Part shown: positions 25,474-31,239 of the stretch, in pieces
Position numbering within the stretch: position 1 is the first letter of the stretch
How the letters are laid out: each line of letters starts with the position of its first letter
DNA from: Candidatus Nanohalobium constans
GTDB taxonomy: Archaea > Nanohalarchaeota > Nanosalinia > Nanosalinales > Nanosalinaceae
Length of the DNA: 32,000 nucleotides
Reading direction: 5' to 3'
Assembly (NCBI RefSeq): GCF_009617975.1
Contig: NZ_CP040089.1
Coordinates: 930,001 to 962,000, forward strand
Position numbers and translations under genes: made by a program
The notes under the pieces: generated by a model
The model's input: the letters and a program-made list of their open reading frames with translations, nothing else
Databases searched by the model: none
What the model was told of the DNA's origin: nothing

Positions 25474-25833
25474 CTAATCTTCAAGTTCTCTAGTCTCAGA
25501 GTATTCTCTGTAATCTTTGTCGCTGGAAACTATCTTTTCTTCTCCAGATGCTACGAGATGTAGTGCATCGAAAGGAGTGAAGTCTTCCTCCTCTACATAG
25601 CTTGCTGCGGCTTCTACCTCTTTAATCTCTCCTTTTACATCAATCAACTCTATTGCTTCAGCTACTACCCTCAACACATTCATATTTTCCCTGTATGCGA
25701 TCAACATAAGTTCAATCAGGGTGTAGCGGGAAGTCCAAAGATCATCATTTTTCTTGTAAATTTCTCTGGCATTTTCCTGCAGCCAGTCATCATCTTTCAG
25801 TAGTGCCAGTACAAAATCTGTCTCAGCATACAT
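25474..25833 (-). CDS. vapC: PIN-domain toxin (VapC-like)
   Basis: Acidic residues at PIN positions (ETDFVLA; FDALHL; SSDKDY). 119 aa. It starts 1 nt after the stop of an AbrB-type antitoxin gene. Confidence 0.75.
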   Translation of the reverse strand: MYAETDFVLALLKDDDWLQENAREIYKKNDDLWTSRYTLIELMLIAYRENMNVLRVVAEAIELIDVKGEIKEVEAAASYVEEEDFTPFDALHLVASGEEKIVSSDKDYREYSETRELED

Positions 25834-25834
25834 T

Positions 25835-26059
25835 CTATCGGCCTGCCTCTTCCATAGCAGTCTCTAAAGCACCTTTCTTAAGCTCTTCTACAGACTTATC
25901 AGTGCCTTCAAACTCTTCTCTTAGTGCCTCAAGAGGATCATCAGAGACAGGGACCAGCATTATCTTATCCCCTCTATCTATAATATGGAACTTCTCACCG
26001 AACTTCTCCCTCATCTCCTTGGGAATGTATACTCTACCATTATCTGCAGTAGTAGTCAT
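25835..26059 (-). CDS. vapB: AbrB/SpoVT-type antitoxin (VapB-like)
   Basis: GRVYIPKEMREKFGEKFHIIDRGDKIMLVPV is a swapped-hairpin AbrB motif. ATG at 26059 (MTTTADNG) is preferred over the track start at 26098. Confidence 0.7.
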   Translation of the reverse strand: MTTTADNGRVYIPKEMREKFGEKFHIIDRGDKIMLVPVSDDPLEALREEFEGTDKSVEELKKGALETAMEEAGR

Positions 26060-26080
26060 AAAACAAGAATATTTGTCAAA

Positions 26081-26150
26081 ATTTAAAAATCTTACCAATA
26101 AGGGGGGGAAACGCCTATTCTTTTAATTGGTAATGAGTAATTAGTCATTA
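26081..26150. promoter_or_regulatory. Shared divergent control region of the two VapBC operons
   Basis: TATA-like ATTTAAAAAT (26081-26090, serving the minus operon) and TTTTAATT (26121-26128, serving the plus operon). 8-bp inverted repeat TTACCAAT (26092-26099) / ATTGGTAA (26126-26133). Second inverted repeat TAATGA (26131-26136) / TCATTA (26145-26150) abutting the ATG. G7 run at 26102-26108. Confidence 0.35.
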
Positions 26151-26359
26151 TGACTACTGTTACTATCAGCGAAGATACCCATAGAAAGTTGAAGAAGTTG
26201 AAGGAGAAAGAAAAAATCAGCTCTTTTGACGAACTTCTGGATAATATTGCAGAGGAGAAACTGGACATACCTTCATCCGAAGAGATGTTCGGCTCCATGG
26301 AAATTGAAGACAAAGAAGAGATTAGAGATCACGACGACAGAGCCGATAGATATGAGTGA
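26150..26359 (+). CDS. vapB: Antitoxin of the archaeal VapB type (RHH-like N-terminus, acidic tail)
   Basis: MTTVTISEDTHRKLKKLKEKEKISSFDELLDNI matches the pattern of archaeal putative antitoxins (TISISDEVY..L..LK....SFS..I..L). Its stop overlaps the PIN gene start by 8 nt. Confidence 0.65.
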   Translation: MTTVTISEDTHRKLKKLKEKEKISSFDELLDNIAEEKLDIPSSEEMFGSMEIEDKEEIRDHDDRADRYE

Positions 26360-26747
26360 ATACTTGCTTGACACATGGGCGTGGATAGAGTTCTACATCG
26401 GAAGCGAGAAAGGGAAAGAAATTTACCAGAAAATAGAGGAAGCGAAGTGTTACACCTCAATAGTATCCTTAGCGGAAATGTCTGACAATTACCAGTCAGG
26501 AAACCTAAAATCAGACAATAAATGGAGCGAAATTAGAGGCTTTGTAGAGTCTAAAACAGAAGTAGTGACTTTAACGCCCGAAATATGCGGAAATGCAGGA
26601 AAAATAAAACAGCAAGAAAGAGAAAAATTCTCAGACTTCGGACTAATGGATGCAATAATACTGTCAACCGCCAGAAAAAACGACCTAGAATTAATTACAG
26701 GAGACAAACACCTAAAAGATAAAGAAAGAGCAAAAAAGTTAGAATAA
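26352..26747 (+). CDS. vapC: PIN-domain toxin (VapC-like)
   Basis: LLDTWAWIEFY (first Asp), SLAEM, FGLMDAIILSTA and ITGDKHL. ATG at 26352 is preferred over the track start at 26226, which runs through the antitoxin gene. Confidence 0.75.
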   Translation: MSEYLLDTWAWIEFYIGSEKGKEIYQKIEEAKCYTSIVSLAEMSDNYQSGNLKSDNKWSEIRGFVESKTEVVTLTPEICGNAGKIKQQEREKFSDFGLMDAIILSTARKNDLELITGDKHLKDKERAKKLE

Positions 26748-26761
26748 AGAGCTGGAATTCA

Positions 26762-27610
26762 TTATTGCTTTCTTCTATCCAAGACAGGATTTACATTATC
26801 GAAAAATCTGTTTGAACTTGATTTTGCTACCCATACATTATTTTGCTGTATGTTACATTCTACATTGAGATTTTGAAGTATTTGCTGCACCATTTTCTTC
26901 TCTTGTTCATCATAGGAGCAGATTCTGGGCGACCCGCAAGGATGAAGATTTCCATCTGAATCGTATTGTCCTTCGATATATTTCCAGGCCTTCCCTTCTT
27001 CAAAAAGCCAATCCACTTTATTTTCCAAATTTTGTAGCCATTCAGCAAGTACTTGTGATGATGCCCAAACAGCGTCTTTGCCTTCTTTCTGTCCTGTATT
27101 AGGATTTAGACCTAAGGCTTTCAGGTTTTCTACAAATTTTTCAGCAAATTCTGAATCTTTGACTTCAAGCCCTATTGTGCCGTTATTATCATGAAATCCA
27201 TCTCCATCAATAACTCCTAGAATATAAGATAAAGATTCAGTTTGCCCGAATTTGACATCAATTTCATTTTCTTCGGCAAGTTTTCTGCATTTCTCAGCGA
27301 CCTCTTCACTATTCCTGTATTCTTCTTGGTTTCTTGCTAAACCTAGATCCATTGCCTTGAGCTTTATGGCATTCCAACTTCTCTCTGGAAGTAATTCTGA
27401 AATCTCGGATTTATCTCCAGGATAATTTTCCCTCAATATCCGCTTTTCTTCTTCTGACCACGGGTCAGCGATATCCGACTTAATATCATATTCGCTCATC
27501 CATTTAGAGACAGAAGACTGTGTAACTCCTAATTTTTCACCAATCTGTCTTTGACTCAAATCCTCATCGTGGTATAACCTGTAAAGCTCTTCAGCGCTTA
27601 CCTTAGACAT
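26762..27610 (-). CDS. Free-standing double-motif LAGLIDADG homing-endonuclease-like protein with N-terminal HTH and Myb/SANT-like domains
   Basis: Two LAGLIDADG motifs (LGVIDGDGF and IEGQYDSDGNL). N-terminal HTH LSQRQIGEKLGVTQSSVSKWM, then PWSEEEKRILRENYPG...SWNAIKLKAMDLGL. No intein splicing blocks. Confidence 0.75.
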   Translation of the reverse strand: MSKVSAEELYRLYHDEDLSQRQIGEKLGVTQSSVSKWMSEYDIKSDIADPWSEEEKRILRENYPGDKSEISELLPERSWNAIKLKAMDLGLARNQEEYRNSEEVAEKCRKLAEENEIDVKFGQTESLSYILGVIDGDGFHDNNGTIGLEVKDSEFAEKFVENLKALGLNPNTGQKEGKDAVWASSQVLAEWLQNLENKVDWLFEEGKAWKYIEGQYDSDGNLHPCGSPRICSYDEQEKKMVQQILQNLNVECNIQQNNVWVAKSSSNRFFDNVNPVLDRRKQ

Positions 27611-27650
27611 AAATCAAATTAGAAAAAAGAGAATAAAAAAGTTTAGCTAT

Positions 27651-28619
27651 TTAGAATGTTCCCGAAGCCATCAAAGGAACTTTAGACCCTGCTGCCGCAA
27701 TAGGAACGGCCATGTACCCCAATTTTCTCAATTTATCCATAATCTCCTTGTCGTCTTTGTTTTGGGCTCTTCCTGCTCTTTCTTTGGTGTTTTCTACATC
27801 TTGTAGCCATGCAGGGATTTCATCGCTTTTGTCTGTGGATACTTCGCTTCCTAGGCTTCTGAATCCTGCCCAGTACTTTGGTGAAATCGGTACATCGTCT
27901 TTGTTGAGTCCTTCCGGCAGATCTTCTTCTGTTTCCGGGTAGCTGTTGATTTCTACTCCTGTGATGTCTGGCACCATGTGGAACCAGGATACATCCCATA
28001 CATCTCTTTCGTCTAGTTGTAGGATGGGGTGTACTCTGATGTGGTCTGGGTCGCTTCTTGGACTGTAGAAGTCTTCGTCACCTCTACTTTCGTGTTCGTC
28101 CCATCTTACTCCGTTGATCACTGCTTCAATATTGTGGTTTTCAAGCAGTTCGTGCATTGGAACTGTTTTGAGAAGGTGGTTTCCTGCTTCTGTATCCATG
28201 AGCCATGGTACTTCTTCGTAGTCTCCTACTTCTTCAGCTGCTTCCTGATTTCTGTCGTTGAGTTCTGCCACAGGTACTTTGTCTCCTGGTTGGTCTGCTT
28301 TTTCTATTAGGTCTTCGTTTTTGGCCGTCATTACTTCGAATCCCCAGTTGTCGGCTAGTCTTTCGACATAGTCTTCGAGTTCGTCGAAGTGTTGTCCGTG
28401 GTCTACGAACATGAACTTGGGTTTGTCGAAGCCGTGTTCTTCGCAGACTCTTTTGACAAGCCATGCTGTCAGTGTGGAGTCTTTCCCCCCTGTGAATCCG
28501 ATTACTACATTGTCGGTGTCGTATTCTTCTAGTGCTTGTTTGACGACTTCTTCTCCTGCTCTGATTTTAGCTTTTATCGGTGCGTTCTCAATTTCGTCTC
28601 GTGTTACAGGTGCTTCCAT
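27651..28619 (-). CDS. PP-loop ATP pyrophosphatase of the PAPS-reductase/CysD family (sulfate adenylyltransferase subunit 2-like), orphan
   Basis: PP-loop VIGFTGGKDST, then VDHGQHF, NGVRWDEHESR, IRVHPIL, FRSLGS and TKERAGR...MDKLRKLGYM. By eye this is collinear with CysD along its whole length. Only one Cys, so no Fe-S or CxxC motifs. ATG at 28619; the track start at 28631 is a TTG. Confidence 0.8.
   Translation of the reverse strand: MEAPVTRDEIENAPIKAKIRAGEEVVKQALEEYDTDNVVIGFTGGKDSTLTAWLVKRVCEEHGFDKPKFMFVDHGQHFDELEDYVERLADNWGFEVMTAKNEDLIEKADQPGDKVPVAELNDRNQEAAEEVGDYEEVPWLMDTEAGNHLLKTVPMHELLENHNIEAVINGVRWDEHESRGDEDFYSPRSDPDHIRVHPILQLDERDVWDVSWFHMVPDITGVEINSYPETEEDLPEGLNKDDVPISPKYWAGFRSLGSEVSTDKSDEIPAWLQDVENTKERAGRAQNKDDKEIMDKLRKLGYMAVPIAAAGSKVPLMASGTF
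27714..27749 (-). repeat. Copy A of a 36-nt segment shared with the RHH gene (encodes KEIMDKLRKLGY)
   Basis: Codon-by-codon comparison with 28647-28682 gives 28/36 nt and 10/12 aa identical. Confidence 0.6.
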
Positions 28620-28637
28620 AGATAGTATCAACTCTGT

Positions 28638-28829
28638 TTATTCTAGATATCCTAATTGTCTCAGTTTATCCGCGATCTCCTTTGCCTGATCATCGTCAAG
28701 CTCCTCTTGCTGGTTCTCTGAATCAGCCAGTTCTCTAAGCTTGTCTTGTACGAATCTTGATAGATTGATGTGATTCTCATCGACAAACTCTGCCAAATCC
28801 TCAGGCAAAGAAATAGTCTTCCTCGGCAT
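28638..28829 (-). CDS. Ribbon-helix-helix (CopG/Arc-type) DNA-binding protein, 63 aa
   Basis: MPRKTISLPEDLAEFVDENHINLSRFVQDKLRE is a beta-strand/helix/helix RHH pattern, followed by an acidic linker and the tail KEIADKLRQLGYLE. The long track version (to 29081) overlaps the flippase gene and is rejected. The stop lies 18 nt upstream of the CysD-like ATG. Confidence 0.7.
   Translation of the reverse strand: MPRKTISLPEDLAEFVDENHINLSRFVQDKLRELADSENQQEELDDDQAKEIADKLRQLGYLE
28647..28682 (-). repeat. Copy B of the 36-nt segment shared with the CysD-like gene (encodes KEIADKLRQLGY)
   Basis: See 27714-27749: 28/36 nt identical. Confidence 0.6.
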
Positions 28830-28830
28830 A

Positions 28831-28847
28831 ATGCATAACTTATGCAT
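28831..28847. promoter_or_regulatory. Perfect 17-bp palindrome ATGCATAA-c-TTATGCAT; candidate RHH operator
   Basis: It lies between the TATA-like TTATTAA (minus strand, 28853-28859) and the start codon of the RHH gene at 28829, within the divergent intergenic region shared with the flippase gene. Confidence 0.5.
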
Positions 28848-28871
28848 ATTGGTTAATAAGTGGTTGGTGAA

Positions 28872-28879
28872 GTTTAAAC
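28872..28879 (+). promoter_or_regulatory. TATA-like box (GTTTAAAC) for a leaderless flippase transcript
   Basis: 25-32 nt upstream of the ATG at 28904. Confidence 0.3.
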
Positions 28880-28903
28880 AGTTCTTATCTTCAAACTTCA
28901 GGT

Positions 28904-30460
28904 ATGGGAGATGCCGATCAAAAAGCATTGAACGCACTGGCAAAGGGTGCTGGCGTGACTGCGATAGGGATGGGTATTTCCAAGGTATTGACTTATCTTT
29001 ACCGGGTTTCAATTGCCCGTTTTGTTGGTCCTGAGGCGTACGGTCAGTTGTCAACTGCTTTGATGGTTGTCGGTATTGCAAGCACTGTCGCCTACCTGGC
29101 TCTGGGCTCAGGTTTGAAGAAGTTTATACCAGAATTCAGAAGTAGAGATGATTTTGCAAGTATTAAGGGCATAGTTATCAGTGCACTCCAGTTAACCGTT
29201 CCTGTATCTATAATCATTTTCCTGGCAGTGTTCTTCGGAGCAGAGTTCATCGCTGTAACTATTTTTGAAAACCCGAAACTAGTTCCTCTCATAAAGATTC
29301 TATCGTTCACTATACCTGCAGGAACCCTTTCCAGACTCTTCTTCGATACAACACTGGGATTCAACAAGATAATTTACAAGACCGGGACAGTCAGGATATT
29401 TCAAAACATTGTTCAGCTTGGGACAACCCTGATACTTCTTTTAATGGGTTTTAAAGTAGTGAGTGCTGCTTATGGCTGGTTACTGGGAACCGTAGTTGCT
29501 GCCATTCTCGGTTTCTACTTTATGGAGAAAAAAGTAGGTCCAATACTTTTCTCCAAGACTAAACCCTCCTATCACCGAAAAAAGCTGCTCAGATTTTCCA
29601 CCCCACTGCTACTCTCAGGAATAATAGGAACACTGCTCGGCTGGGCAGACACAGGACTGCTACAATACTTCATGGAAGACCTTGAAGTAGGACTGTACAA
29701 CGCAGCCCTGCCTACCGCCATACTGATACTTCTGCCTCACAAAGCAATTGGAAGCCTGGCAATCACTTCATTCTCCGAGCTAAAGGAAAGAGACAAAGAA
29801 AGCGTAGAGAGCTCCATACAAAGAGCCACATACTGGGTTTTCTCACTTGTATTCCCTACCTTCCTCATAATGCTCCTATTCTCAGACAAAATACTGCAAA
29901 TACTCTGGGGATCAGAATACACACAAGCCTCAATAGCACTCTCAATTCTAGCAACAGGATACCTAATAGACGCCCTAGTAGGCAGAGTAGGAAGCCTCCT
30001 CCAATCAGAAGGACACACAAAATACATACTATACAACAACACAGCAGCACTAACACTCAACATCATACTCAACATCATACTAATACCTCCATACGGAATA
30101 GCTGGAGCAGCAATCGCCACAGCAACCTCCACCATACTAACCAACGTATTAATGTACATCGAAGTCCGGAAAAAAGAAGGAATAAACAGCATACCCCACA
30201 AAAAAATCTCAAAAATAGTACTAACCGGACTAATACCACTATCAATCATAATAACACTAGACACAATACTCTTCACAAACACACCATACTGGTTCCTGAT
30301 CCCAGCAGGAACAACCTACATTACAACCTACATCCTCCTATTCCTCAAAACAATAGGACTTGGAGAAGAAGAAAAAGAAGTATTTCTCAGGATAGGAGAG
30401 ATCACAGGAACAAAAGATAAGGTTAAAAAAATACTGGCAACCATAGAGAGAAGAATTTAA
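28904..30460 (+). CDS. Oligosaccharide/polysaccharide flippase (MOP superfamily, Wzx/RfbX-like)
   Basis: 518 aa and about 14 TM segments. N-terminus NALAKGAGVTAIGMGISKVLTYLYRVSIARFVGPEAYGQ is typical of polysaccharide-biosynthesis (Wzx) proteins. Confidence 0.8.
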   Translation: MGDADQKALNALAKGAGVTAIGMGISKVLTYLYRVSIARFVGPEAYGQLSTALMVVGIASTVAYLALGSGLKKFIPEFRSRDDFASIKGIVISALQLTVPVSIIIFLAVFFGAEFIAVTIFENPKLVPLIKILSFTIPAGTLSRLFFDTTLGFNKIIYKTGTVRIFQNIVQLGTTLILLLMGFKVVSAAYGWLLGTVVAAILGFYFMEKKVGPILFSKTKPSYHRKKLLRFSTPLLLSGIIGTLLGWADTGLLQYFMEDLEVGLYNAALPTAILILLPHKAIGSLAITSFSELKERDKESVESSIQRATYWVFSLVFPTFLIMLLFSDKILQILWGSEYTQASIALSILATGYLIDALVGRVGSLLQSEGHTKYILYNNTAALTLNIILNIILIPPYGIAGAAIATATSTILTNVLMYIEVRKKEGINSIPHKKISKIVLTGLIPLSIIITLDTILFTNTPYWFLIPAGTTYITTYILLFLKTIGLGEEEKEVFLRIGEITGTKDKVKKILATIERRI

Positions 30461-31185
30461 TCCCTTAAATCATACTCTCTGTTGGCTTCTCTCAGTCTTT
30501 CTGGAGTTCCAACATCTATTCGTGAACCTTGGATTTCATCATATCCCACTTTGTAACCATTTTCTCTCATCAAGTCTATTGCGTCGGTTAATTGGTACTC
30601 ATCGCCTTTACCCTTCTCTATATTATCTATAGCCTCGAAGATTTGAGGTCCGAAGACATACATACCTGAGATACACAGATCAGAAGGTGCTTCATCAGCA
30701 GACGGCTTCTCAACCATTCCCTCCACCAAGTTATCATCTCCAGGTTCTAGGACGCCATAAGAAGTCACATCATCTGGCTTGAAAGCTCCGATGGTTGCGT
30801 CCATGCTGTTGTGTTTGTGGAACTTGACCAGCTCATTCATAGCCTTCTTATCATCAACATAGTTGTCTCCCAGAACCACTGCAAAATGTTCATCATTGAT
30901 TACATGTTCTCCAGCTTTTACTGCTCCAGCTAGACCATTTCTGTCATCCTGAACCACATAAGTCAACTGTACGCCGTAATCATCACCAGATCCTAAGTAG
31001 TCTAGGATTGCGTGCTGTTTCCAGCCAACCACAATTACAATTTCTTCAATACCTGCTTCCTTCATATCCTCAATACAGTGTTCGATCACTGCTTTTTCCC
31101 CTACAGGAAGAAGTTCCTTCGGATAAGCGTTCGTGAACGGCTCCATTCTAGTGCCTTTCCCAGCTGCCGGAATCAATCCTTTCAT
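30457..31185 (-). CDS. aglF: Sugar-1-phosphate nucleotidyltransferase, canonical (UTP-glucose-1-phosphate uridylyltransferase / AglF-like)
   Basis: LIPAAGKGTRMEPFTNAYPKELLPV, VVLGDNYV, EKP and ISGMYVF are all canonical. No LbH domain. Confidence 0.8.
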   Translation of the reverse strand: MKGLIPAAGKGTRMEPFTNAYPKELLPVGEKAVIEHCIEDMKEAGIEEIVIVVGWKQHAILDYLGSGDDYGVQLTYVVQDDRNGLAGAVKAGEHVINDEHFAVVLGDNYVDDKKAMNELVKFHKHNSMDATIGAFKPDDVTSYGVLEPGDDNLVEGMVEKPSADEAPSDLCISGMYVFGPQIFEAIDNIEKGKGDEYQLTDAIDLMRENGYKVGYDEIQGSRIDVGTPERLREANREYDLRD

Positions 31186-31239
31186 GATAATACCACATAT
31201 TACCGATATCTTTTATCCTTATCTCGGCAAACAAAAAGT

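Noticed and set aside
26226-26351. Long version of the second VapC ORF, starting at 26226
   Set aside because: It runs out of frame through the antitoxin gene. The PIN domain begins at the ATG at 26352, which overlaps the antitoxin stop in typical TA fashion.
27651-28619. The CysD-like PP-loop protein as the NcsA/Ncs6-type tRNA thiolase partner of the SAMP-like protein at 9882..10094
   Set aside because: It lacks the CxxC zinc-finger and Fe-S cysteines of Ncs6/TtcA (only one Cys). Its motif order matches CysD. The two genes are 17 kb apart.
28830-29081. N-terminal extension of the RHH ORF (track version 28638..29081, 147 aa)
   Set aside because: The extension overlaps the flippase gene and its promoter, is basic and Pro/Gln-rich, and has no domain. 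The RHH fold begins exactly at MPRKTISLP (28829), with a TATA-like box at leaderless spacing.
29737-30282. 181-aa and 63-aa minus-strand ORFs inside the flippase gene
   Set aside because: They are an artefact of the extreme A/C bias of the coding strand, which leaves few stop codons on the antisense strand. The plus-strand frame encodes well-formed TM helices continuous with the Wzx N-terminal half.
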